The position numbers and the translations under genes are program-made. The notes below the pieces were generated by a model, which was given only the letters and a program-made list of their open reading frames with translations, was not told the origin of the DNA and ran no database searches. From a virus (lineage: Duplodnaviria > Caudoviricetes), in IMG/VR virus record IMGVR_UViG_3300030005_000139, positions 1 through 38,337 of that record: 38,337 nt of DNA; one strand, written 5' to 3'. Shown here piece by piece: positions 9,063 through 17,162 of this stretch. Position 1 is the stretch's first letter, and every line of letters begins with the position of its first letter.

Positions 9063-10467
9063 CTTCGAGATACCCCCGACCAAATGCCATTTTTGCCCTG
9101 GATGCACCGCGCAGCTTGAAGCCCACCCAGTTCCGCACATACCCCATACGGTTCACGATGTAGCGTTGGTTGTAGTCGCCAGGAGTTCCGTAGAGCGCCG
9201 TGACCTCATGCCCATACGTCACGCCGTCATAGGTCATCGAAACGAACAGAGTGGCGTCATCAGAGGGCGAATGGCCCGGCATGATGTCGATGTTCAGGCT
9301 GTCGACTGAGAGGCCTTCCAGGTACATGAACGGGGTGTAGAGAACCCATTCTCCCATCTCTCCGTATTGATCCACTGACAGCGGATCAAGGACGCCAAGG
9401 CGAAGGTCAATCTTGTCGCCGAATACCCACTTACCTAGCCGCGGGTCGAAAACTCCGTTGATCCCGCGCCATGGCAAAGACCCGGTGCCGCGCTTCAAGA
9501 TTGACCAGGCGTTATCGATGCCGGATGAGTTGGCAACCGTCTCGTTGAAGAGCAGTGTTTCGTTAGGCAGATGGATGTAGATGAAGGCCATCCCATCGAC
9601 CTCTACAGCTTCCATCGACACATCGACGAGCTGAGGCTCTGTGTACTGACTCAGTATCCGATCGATTGCCCGCGTGGAGATCTGCTGGGTCGAGCCGACA
9701 CCAAGCATGTGCACGCCAAGGTCAGACTCTTTACGACTGCCCACGAAGTACCAGGACTGCTTGAGCTCACACTTGGCGTGAGTGGCCACGATGCCGATCT
9801 TCAGCGCCCGAGCCTGGATGCGACTAAATGCGAAGTTCGTCGATGCAACGTTGGCGAAAAACTCGGTGGTGTACCGCCCGAACACGATCACTTTGTCATC
9901 GGCAGTCTTGCCGACGCCAAGGGTCGGATCAGGCGAGAACTCGGCCGTAGCGAAGGCCAAGGGATCGAACAGTTCTTCGTTCGCGATAGTGGTGTGATAG
10001 AGATACTCGCCGTCGGTGAGGAAGTAGTAACCATCAACCCAAGTGCCATCAATCGGCGTCTTGATGTCCGGATCAAGTATTTGGCGAAACCCATTTACCG
10101 GGTCATACAGCCAGAATGCACCACCACCGATCACCGCCTGAGTATTGAATGAATAAGGCATCGACACCTGTTCCATGCCTGGAATATTGCCGAACCGTTG
10201 ATTCGAACCGTCCTCTTCAATCACCAGAAACTGGGTGTAAGAGACGCGGAAATGCATCTGCAGACGCTCATTCCACACGCCGCCGCGGTCAGGCCCTGAG
10301 CCAGTACCGTACTCAGTCAACCCTGAGTGCTGGAGCATGAAGCCGGCGGCGCCCATGACAGGCTTGGGCACCGCGTACATGTTTTCCGGGATGGCATCGA
10401 GGTAGTCCGTCTGGACACTTACCTTGTCGCCTTTGATCAGAGTGATCGGGATCTTCTGGACTGGCAT
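9055..10467 (-). CDS. P22 gp10-like tail hub / packaged DNA stabilisation protein
   Basis: 470 aa, beta-rich; DGYYFLTD, FATAEFSPD and VGFKLR motifs; synteny after gp4. Confidence 0.88.
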   Translation of the reverse strand: MPVQKIPITLIKGDKVSVQTDYLDAIPENMYAVPKPVMGAAGFMLQHSGLTEYGTGSGPDRGGVWNERLQMHFRVSYTQFLVIEEDGSNQRFGNIPGMEQVSMPYSFNTQAVIGGGAFWLYDPVNGFRQILDPDIKTPIDGTWVDGYYFLTDGEYLYHTTIANEELFDPLAFATAEFSPDPTLGVGKTADDKVIVFGRYTTEFFANVASTNFAFSRIQARALKIGIVATHAKCELKQSWYFVGSRKESDLGVHMLGVGSTQQISTRAIDRILSQYTEPQLVDVSMEAVEVDGMAFIYIHLPNETLLFNETVANSSGIDNAWSILKRGTGSLPWRGINGVFDPRLGKWVFGDKIDLRLGVLDPLSVDQYGEMGEWVLYTPFMYLEGLSVDSLNIDIMPGHSPSDDATLFVSMTYDGVTYGHEVTALYGTPGDYNQRYIVNRMGYVRNWVGFKLRGASRAKMAFGRGYLEVG

Positions 10468-10485
10468 ATTCTCTTCACCTATCCG

Positions 10486-11238
10486 TCAGATGTTCTGATC
10501 CCCTACGCGAACGCAGGGAGTTACTTGGAAGTTTCGGATGCGGACCTCGACGCGGCCCTCACTGGTCTCGATCCTGATCTTCACTTGCTGCCAGATAGAC
10601 GGAGTGAGATCGATCGGCGCTGAGAGTCGATAGTCAACGTCTGCCACATTGAGCGCGCTGGACACCACGACCAGGCCGTTGTCACAAGTGACGACGAAGG
10701 TGTCGATAGCCTCGTCAGTGCGCAGGTAAGCTTCGAAAGACTCCGTAAAGTCGTTCGTTTCGCCCTGCATGATCTCGAGGGTTTCGGGCTTGTTAGGAGG
10801 CAACTCGTTGAACTGTGTGTAGAACCGTTGCCACCGCTCGTAACGCCTGTTACCGCTGCCTACAGGCTGACGGCTTGGGTATTGAACGTTCCTGATTCGA
10901 TTCCGGGCGCAGATGCCAGAAGCCACCGACAAAGATTGGGACGCCTGGGCGTACAGAGTCGCCGGCGGTTCCTTGTTGAAGTCAGAAACCAGCCGTACCG
11001 CCAAGTTGCAGGCGATCATGTTCCAGAACTCTTGGGATACGCCTAGGTCGCTGTTCGGATCAGGCTCCTGCTCGAAGTTGTAACCAACCTCAATGCCACG
11101 AGAAGCCAGCTCGGACATCATGTTCTCAAGCTCACCCAGGGCCAGCTCAAGGTCAGACGGGTTAGGCTTGACCGTGAGGCCCGAGATACGCAGCTTCGAG
11201 TATGCCGCGGAGATCCGATCGGCCTTGAGCGGAGTCAT
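10486..11238 (-). CDS. P22 gp4-like head-tail adaptor with about 100-aa C-terminal extension
   Basis: AYSKL...LENMMSEL...GYNF...NLAVRL..DF...YPSRQPVGSGN motifs of gp4. Confidence 0.82.
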   Translation of the reverse strand: MTPLKADRISAAYSKLRISGLTVKPNPSDLELALGELENMMSELASRGIEVGYNFEQEPDPNSDLGVSQEFWNMIACNLAVRLVSDFNKEPPATLYAQASQSLSVASGICARNRIRNVQYPSRQPVGSGNRRYERWQRFYTQFNELPPNKPETLEIMQGETNDFTESFEAYLRTDEAIDTFVVTCDNGLVVVSSALNVADVDYRLSAPIDLTPSIWQQVKIRIETSEGRVEVRIRNFQVTPCVRVGDQNI

Positions 11239-11513
11239 CAGGACACCAGGGCCTTACGCAGAGTGTTGATGCGCTTGGTTTCCCAGCCATCAATACCCGC
11301 TTCTTTTGCAGCCTCACGGATTTCTTGATCAGTGAGCTCAACGCGCGCCGGCTCTTCAGTAGAGGTAGCCAGTGCAGTTTCATAACCCGGTGGATTTACC
11401 AACCATCCAGACGCAAGAAGACCTTCAAGGTGTTCAACCTCGCAGGTAGTCATCTCGCACTCGATGCCATGCTCAACATGGCCAACACCTTCTCGATACA
11501 GAACGCACGCCAT
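11238..11513 (-). CDS. Small protein downstream of coat (91 aa)
   Basis: GGAG RBS before ATG 11513; C-terminal IREAAKEAGI....RINTLRKAL helix-loop-helix. Confidence 0.65.
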   Translation of the reverse strand: MACVLYREGVGHVEHGIECEMTTCEVEHLEGLLASGWLVNPPGYETALATSTEEPARVELTDQEIREAAKEAGIDGWETKRINTLRKALVS

Positions 11514-11527
11514 ATCCTGGCTCTCCA

Positions 11528-11553
11528 GGCTAGGGGCCACTCGGGCCCCAGCC
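11528..11553 (-). terminator. GC hairpin after the coat gene (weak terminator or mRNA stabiliser)
   Basis: GGGGCC/GGCCCC stem extended by GGCT/AGCC; no U tract. Confidence 0.4.
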
Positions 11554-11564
11554 ATTGAAGGTGA

Positions 11565-12848
11565 TTAGAAGGTCACAGCAACGCCGCACCGCGAAGGGTC
11601 TTTGATGGTGACGCCCCACCAGGTGAACAGGCGGTAGCGGAACTGAAGGTTGACCATGTTGGCGTCGTAGATCATGTACATCTTCAGACCGTTTTTCATG
11701 GTCTTGTTGATGACCTTCAGGCCGTCATAAGACTTGAACAGCTCGGCAGGAATGGTGCCACCCAGTACTTCGACTGCATCTTTGTCGTAGAACAGGTTGG
11801 TCTTCTTCGATGTGTCGATGTTCATTCGGTTGACGGTGGCGGCGTTCAGGATCCGGGTATTTACGTTGGCGTATGCAGCTTCCAGAGCAGAAAGCGCCGG
11901 GTCGTCGAGCGCGATCGGCTTTGGCGAGATCACCAGCGAAGTACCGCCGGCGGGTTTGCCGGTGACGGTGAACGTCATTGCCACACCAGTATCGGACTTG
12001 TCCGCCAGGCCGAGGGCCTTAATGGTTACGCCGCCATTTGCGATCGTGACCTTGTCGCCGATGTTGTAGAGGGCTGAGGCCGCAACCGGGATCGTCGCGT
12101 AGCGGTAGTCGACGTTAGTAACGGTGCCGTTTGTGGAGTTCACGGTGCCGGCAGTCGGCGCGAACGATTGGTTTGCGGTGACAGTAGTAGCTGGGTCAGC
12201 ACCGCCGATGAGGTTGGGCAGGAACGAGGCGGTATAAACATCGAACTCGGCGATGTTCTGGCCGATCTGGCCGGTTGCCCATGTGGTTTCAGGGCGACCC
12301 TGAACAGTCTGGCGTGCAGCCAGATCTTTGGAGTACTTCAGGTTGTCGCGGTCATTGAACAGGAAGAATCGCTCAGACTTAGCGCCTTGCCGCTCGTTCA
12401 TCAGGGTCTGCGCTTCGCCAACAACGTCGTAACCGCTGGTAACGTTGGTGCGATAGAACATGGCGCCCTGAGTGCCGATAGCAGTTGCAATCGCCTTGTT
12501 CAGGTTGGTGGCCTGTTGGCGACCAGCTTCCATCCCTGCTTTTTCCCAGAAACGCATGTCGCGCATATCGTCAGCGCGTTGGCTAACGAAGTCGTTTGTT
12601 GGAGTACCCAGAAACGCTGGGTAGGTCTCTTCGATGATTCCTTGTTCCTGGCCAGTCAGATCGAAGCCAGTAAGCGACGGTCGGTGCTGCTGAACTGGGC
12701 GCCAGATTGTGTTGCCGGAGTTCTGCATCGTCGCGGCATCGGGCTCGAAGAATTCGGTCGTCGGGAGGAGCATGTCCTGGGGCTCGTAGGTGTCGAGCGC
12801 ATTTGCGAACATGACCTCGGCAATCTTGCCTGCGGTTAAAGCTGCCAT
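11565..12848 (-). CDS. Major capsid protein, P22 gp5-like
   Basis: 427 aa; MQNSGNTIWRPVQQ, DDMRD and YRLFTWWG motifs; follows scaffold. Confidence 0.92.
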   Translation of the reverse strand: MAALTAGKIAEVMFANALDTYEPQDMLLPTTEFFEPDAATMQNSGNTIWRPVQQHRPSLTGFDLTGQEQGIIEETYPAFLGTPTNDFVSQRADDMRDMRFWEKAGMEAGRQQATNLNKAIATAIGTQGAMFYRTNVTSGYDVVGEAQTLMNERQGAKSERFFLFNDRDNLKYSKDLAARQTVQGRPETTWATGQIGQNIAEFDVYTASFLPNLIGGADPATTVTANQSFAPTAGTVNSTNGTVTNVDYRYATIPVAASALYNIGDKVTIANGGVTIKALGLADKSDTGVAMTFTVTGKPAGGTSLVISPKPIALDDPALSALEAAYANVNTRILNAATVNRMNIDTSKKTNLFYDKDAVEVLGGTIPAELFKSYDGLKVINKTMKNGLKMYMIYDANMVNLQFRYRLFTWWGVTIKDPSRCGVAVTF

Positions 12849-12859
12849 CGTTTAATTCC

Positions 12860-13876
12860 TTACCAAGAGTTCACGTTGATTTTTGCGGCCGCGGCTTCAC
12901 GTCGCACATCAAAGGCACCCTGCGCATCACCACGTTTATGAGCCTCAAGGTACTTACGGTGTAAGGCCTTGCCTGCATCAGTGGTGTTTGCATCGCCTTG
13001 TACGATTGAAGCCGGGGCTGGCGCGCTGCTTCTCTTGCGTGGAGGAGCGGTCAACTCGGCGGACAGGCGCCCCAAATAGATAGAGGCCTGAATACCGCTG
13101 GGATCTTGGGCAAGCTTTGAGGTCAGTTCAGCAAGGCGCTTCGGGCTCACCCCGAGGTTGTAGAGCACCTTCTCTGAGCCTTCGCCCAAGCTGGCGATCA
13201 GTGCGTTCGTGATGTGCTCGCCACTTTCGCCGCCGAACACGCCCTGAACAGCCTCACGCACTCGCCTGTCTGCAGACTGGTACAGGTCGGTACTGATACC
13301 GCTTGCTGCTGCCAGGACTGCTGCCCGCTCGTAATGTTGATCCACGCTGGAGCTGATTTTTTGGTGCGCTTCCAGTTGCTTGCGCTGCTGTTCGTATTGC
13401 TGGTTGCCGGCATGCTGCTGGGCAAGGTTCTCTTTGACTTTCCAGTCAGCCAGGGCGTCGATGTAAGCCTCGTCCGGGTCGTCTTGGTCGTAGAAATCCT
13501 CGCGCTTTGGCCGCGCCGGCAACTGTGGCGATACGGACTTGTTGCGCAGCTCATCAAGCTGGGCACGCATCGTTTCCAGTTCCGATTGGTGCTGTTTCTC
13601 CAACTTCGAACGGAGCTTGGCTTTCGCCGCGCCGATATCGCTGTCGGTGAATTTCTTGTCTGCACCTTGCGACTCCTGGTCGTCGCCCTTCATCCATGCT
13701 TCGGGTTCTGCCTGCTGGCCGTCTTCGCCGTCTTGACCATCCGCATGGTCATCCACGTCGCTCTGGGTGCCTGCCGAATCAGCCTCAACTTCAGTTGCAC
13801 CAGCTTGCGGAGCTGCTGCTTCTTTGGCCTGTGCTGCCTCGTTCTCTGCCCGTAACTCTTCCAGGGTTTGTTCCAT
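12860..13876 (-). CDS. Scaffolding protein, P22 gp8-like
   Basis: 338 aa; acidic N-terminus, coiled coil, C-terminal helix-loop-helix; directly upstream of coat. Confidence 0.85.
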   Translation of the reverse strand: MEQTLEELRAENEAAQAKEAAAPQAGATEVEADSAGTQSDVDDHADGQDGEDGQQAEPEAWMKGDDQESQGADKKFTDSDIGAAKAKLRSKLEKQHQSELETMRAQLDELRNKSVSPQLPARPKREDFYDQDDPDEAYIDALADWKVKENLAQQHAGNQQYEQQRKQLEAHQKISSSVDQHYERAAVLAAASGISTDLYQSADRRVREAVQGVFGGESGEHITNALIASLGEGSEKVLYNLGVSPKRLAELTSKLAQDPSGIQASIYLGRLSAELTAPPRKRSSAPAPASIVQGDANTTDAGKALHRKYLEAHKRGDAQGAFDVRREAAAAKINVNSW

Positions 13877-13952
13877 TTTCTACTCGCTTGGTAACGATGG
13901 CCTGGTGCTTTCCCCGCCAGTAGGGTTGCGTTTAACCTGTTACGCCTCAGTA

Positions 13953-14003
13953 ATCGATAGAGTAACTCTATTGTTAATCATGTCAATAGAATCGATAGAT
14001 TTT
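13953..14003 (-). promoter_or_regulatory. Putative scaffold/coat promoter flanked by ATCGATAGA boxes
   Basis: Minus strand TTGACA (13986-13981), 16-nt spacer, TACTCT (13964-13959); ATCGATAGA at 13953-13961 and 13991-13999. Confidence 0.55.
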
Positions 14004-14085
14004 TACTATTGAAATAGACAGACGAACGCGCCTAACGGACAGCGCTGGCGTATATAATTCATCGAACTCAGCGGGAGGATTTGAA

Positions 14086-14355
14086 GTGAGCTACGAAAAC
14101 GTTTTGCTGATTGGCGGTCCGAAGGATGGCGTTCGCATGTCAGTGATTGCGGGCGTCCCGTGTATTCGCTTGGGGATTCTTCCCAATACTCCTGCGTCCA
14201 TCGGCAGCACAGCACTGGACGTTGCTGAGCCCTATGAGAGCGTCGAGTACCGTCGCGTCCCAGTGCAGAGCCATAATGGGTTCGAGGGGTGTGTCTACGT
14301 ATTTGGAGACATTGACCCTATGGAAGCGCTTGTCGACGGGTATCGGAAGCCATGA
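14086..14355 (+). CDS. Hypothetical protein (89 aa), antisense insert
   Basis: GGAGG RBS, GTG start, TATAAT at 14053-14058; LIGGPKDG motif common in small phage proteins. Confidence 0.7.
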   Translation: MSYENVLLIGGPKDGVRMSVIAGVPCIRLGILPNTPASIGSTALDVAEPYESVEYRRVPVQSHNGFEGCVYVFGDIDPMEALVDGYRKP

Positions 14356-14678
14356 CTGACCGCGAATTGCTGGAACTGGCGGCTAAGGCTGCGGGGCTTA
14401 CAAACCCTCAATACGAACAATCGGTTGCGGCCAATTGGAACATTTACCACGGCGATATAGTTGATCCACGCGAATGCTGGAATCCGCTCGCCGACGATGG
14501 CGATGCGCTTCGCCTGGCAGTGAAGATAGGCTTTGTAATGTCGGCATCGGAAAAGTTCGTAAAAGTCTCCTTGACCTGGAGCAGGGAAATTCTTGAGTAC
14601 GCGAATGGCGATATCCTGTCGGCTACCCGTCGCGCTATCGTCCGCGCCGCCGCCGAGATCGGGAAGGGAATGGAATAA
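14352..14678 (+). CDS. Conserved phage hypothetical protein (108 aa)
   Basis: MTDRELLELAAKAAG...WNPLADDGDALRLAV...ATRRAIVRAAAEIG family; ATGA overlap. Confidence 0.8.
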   Translation: MTDRELLELAAKAAGLTNPQYEQSVAANWNIYHGDIVDPRECWNPLADDGDALRLAVKIGFVMSASEKFVKVSLTWSREILEYANGDILSATRRAIVRAAAEIGKGME

Positions 14679-14685
14679 AATGGAA

Positions 14686-14717
14686 TAAAAAAGCCCAGCC
14701 GGTTTAGGGCTGGGCTT
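14686..14717 (-). terminator. Intrinsic terminator (minus strand, possibly bidirectional)
   Basis: AAGCCCAGCC-N7-GGCTGGGCTT 10-bp stem running into a T tract on the minus strand. Confidence 0.8.
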
Positions 14718-14719
14718 GT

Positions 14720-14886
14720 ATGCAGATGGCCGGCGCTGATCTCCGGATTGACGTTTTGCCGTAAAACTCTACGACCTGAGTCGCATGTGCAGAGGTACGA
14801 ATCCGGCATTACCCGTGCACGCCCACGTTGCCCCTGCTGATAGTCTTACTAGCTCTTTGTGCATCAGCCTGCGCATTCATCTGCAT
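14720..14886 (-). ncRNA. Putative tRNA-shaped structured ncRNA (about 167 nt)
   Basis: TATAAT at 14898-14893; ends pair perfectly (ATGCAGATG/CATCTGCAT, 9 bp); D-arm-like TGCGCA-GGCTGA-TGCACA; T-arm-like CCGG-AGATCAGCG-CCGG; terminator immediately after. Confidence 0.55.
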
Positions 14887-14975
14887 GCAGTGATTATACA
14901 TCACCACGAAAAACTGGTTACCGTATCCAGCGCTGCCATTACGCTGCAGCGGTCACACGCCTCGCCCTTTCGTGA

Positions 14976-17162
14976 CTATTGCCTTGGTTGAACCGTCGCC
15001 CGGTAGGGGCTAACCAGGCGCTGCACGTTTTCCATCATCTGCCCGGCGGTCCTCGCCTGCTTGAACTGGATATCAGCGCCGGCCACCTGGGCGTCAACCT
15101 GCACGGCTGCTCGGTCTGTCTCGGCCCTGTACAGGTCCACCTGAACTTTCGCCGAGTTGTTTTGCGCGGTCTGCTGGTCGCTGATCGCCTTACGCTGCGT
15201 ATCCATCTGCGATGCCTTGGCCTTCTCCATCTCGGCCTGGGCCAGGACCATATCCGCGCTTGGCGGCTGCTGCTGGCTCTGCGCCTCCTGCAACATGGCC
15301 TCTTCTTCCTCGGTCTCCGGCTCAAGTACACCGGCCAGGATCAGTTGTTTCTTCGCGTACTTGCGCACGCCCTCGAGGTTCACGCCATTCATCAGCGTGA
15401 GTGCCTGGAGGGTCAGGTACTGGGCCATCTGAGGATCAACAGCAGCCATGCCAGTGGCCATCTGATTGAGCTGATCAATGGTCTGCTCCTTCTTGCTTGC
15501 ATAGCTCGGGCCGATGTCTGCGTAAACGTCGTACTCGGTGTTGGTCAGGTCATTGAGGGCTACCAACTCGCCGGTCTGACGATCCAGCACGGCCTCCATG
15601 ATCTTGACCTTCTTGGTCGTGCCGTCAGCAGATGTCAGCGTGACTTCGCGGGGAGCGTCGTACACCTCGACAGCCATGGATGCGTAGATCTCGGCGTCCC
15701 GGCGCTTGGCGTGCTTGAGGTTCTGCTGGTAGACGATCGATTGCTGGTCGAGACGGTTCGTCAGGGCGTTAACGGCCTTCCCGGACAGATCAGGGTCTGC
15801 GATGTCTTGAGGTAGCCCAGGGTTGGCTACATCCTCAACAGCCTGGCGAGACAGCTCGATGCTGGCCATGAGCGCCTGAGGAATGGTCTGCTCGGGCATT
15901 ACAGCTATTGGGCCTAGAGGAAGCGCCTGATTGTTTCCATCAAATCTGTTCTGCAGAAGGTAGGGATAGTTGCTGTCGGCTCCATTTTCCTCGTACATGA
16001 ACTCGTAACCCTGAACCTGCTCAGGGTTGAAGATTGGTTTAGGCCGAGGGCTGCGGCTAACGATATCGGCGAGGTATGAGAGCTGGAAGTTGCGAAGTCG
16101 CTGAGGGTCTTTAGCCAGGCGGGTGATCCCTTCATAGTGCTCCTCACCCTCAATGAACGCGCGCTCGCCGTAGGTCGGGATGACTGGGATGTTCTCGCCG
16201 GCGATCACTTCGCCTTCGCGCTCGCCGTCTGGCCCCATCTTGCCGTTAAGGATCTGTTCGCCTGAGGCAATGTACTTGCGGACCTCCCAGCGCATGATGT
16301 CGCGCTCGCTCTCGATGACATAACCCTCATCGATCAGTTCGTCCATGACCTCCTCAAGGTCTGACTCTCGATAGATGCGCGGCTCGCCCATTGGATCGGC
16401 GAGCGTGATCACCTTGTCCTTGATTTTCCGGCGATGGTAGAAGCAGACCACATAGACGATATCGTTCCCGCTACCCATCCAAGGGAACGTGTAGGACTGC
16501 TCGGGGGATGCGAACGAAGATGGCGTTTCTTCGTCATCGCAATCGTCATCATCGTCATCTTCTCTGGCTTCTTTCTTGCCAGCTGTCTTACTGCAGTCCT
16601 CAAGTTCTTCAACCAGGTCAGCGTAGCCGCCGGGTGAATAGGCATTCAGGATCGACACATATTTAGCGTCCGACTTGTCCAGCCGCTTGGCGTTGGGGTC
16701 CCAGAAACAGTTGTTGTTGGCTTCGTAGATGGGCCGGCGGCAAATGATCTGGTGATCTACGCCAGCGCGGTTGCTGGCATATGCCGTGTAGAGCTCCCAG
16801 GCACCGACACCGCACACGACAGCCTCACCTGTGGCGTTGTCGTAGGCTTCAAGCGACGTGTTTGCCCGGTCATCAGTTAGGTACAGGCCGTCCAGGATGT
16901 CAGCGCCATCGTCCCGTGACTCACTCTTGGGCACGAAGTTGACCTGCACGGGGTTGGCCCGAAGGTCGGCCATGATCTGGCGCCCAGCCTTCCGAAGCAC
17001 GTCGAACTGCCCGCGGTACTGTAGCGAAGACTCACCCAGCGTCGAATCGTCCCACTGTGTGATGTGGTAGAACATCATGTCATCAGCAGCGCGCAGCCGA
17101 GTGGTCTGCCCGTGGCAGTAAGCCTTGTCGTGAAGCTCTTTGAGCTGTGTGAGTGTCAGCAT
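14976..17162 (-). CDS. Portal protein, P22 gp1-like
   Basis: 728 aa; YRGQFD, KDPQRLRN and GPSYASKK motifs; C-terminal helical barrel; coupled to terL. Confidence 0.93.
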   Translation of the reverse strand: MLTLTQLKELHDKAYCHGQTTRLRAADDMMFYHITQWDDSTLGESSLQYRGQFDVLRKAGRQIMADLRANPVQVNFVPKSESRDDGADILDGLYLTDDRANTSLEAYDNATGEAVVCGVGAWELYTAYASNRAGVDHQIICRRPIYEANNNCFWDPNAKRLDKSDAKYVSILNAYSPGGYADLVEELEDCSKTAGKKEAREDDDDDDCDDEETPSSFASPEQSYTFPWMGSGNDIVYVVCFYHRRKIKDKVITLADPMGEPRIYRESDLEEVMDELIDEGYVIESERDIMRWEVRKYIASGEQILNGKMGPDGEREGEVIAGENIPVIPTYGERAFIEGEEHYEGITRLAKDPQRLRNFQLSYLADIVSRSPRPKPIFNPEQVQGYEFMYEENGADSNYPYLLQNRFDGNNQALPLGPIAVMPEQTIPQALMASIELSRQAVEDVANPGLPQDIADPDLSGKAVNALTNRLDQQSIVYQQNLKHAKRRDAEIYASMAVEVYDAPREVTLTSADGTTKKVKIMEAVLDRQTGELVALNDLTNTEYDVYADIGPSYASKKEQTIDQLNQMATGMAAVDPQMAQYLTLQALTLMNGVNLEGVRKYAKKQLILAGVLEPETEEEEAMLQEAQSQQQPPSADMVLAQAEMEKAKASQMDTQRKAISDQQTAQNNSAKVQVDLYRAETDRAAVQVDAQVAGADIQFKQARTAGQMMENVQRLVSPYRATVQPRQ

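Noticed and set aside
14671-14690. Tandem TGGAATAAAA x2 as a target-site duplication
   Set aside because: The copies are adjacent with no element between them; most likely slippage beside the terminator
14720-14886. Canonical tRNA gene
   Set aside because: Too long, no TTCRA loop, no defined anticodon arm or CCA; kept only as a tRNA-like ncRNA candidate
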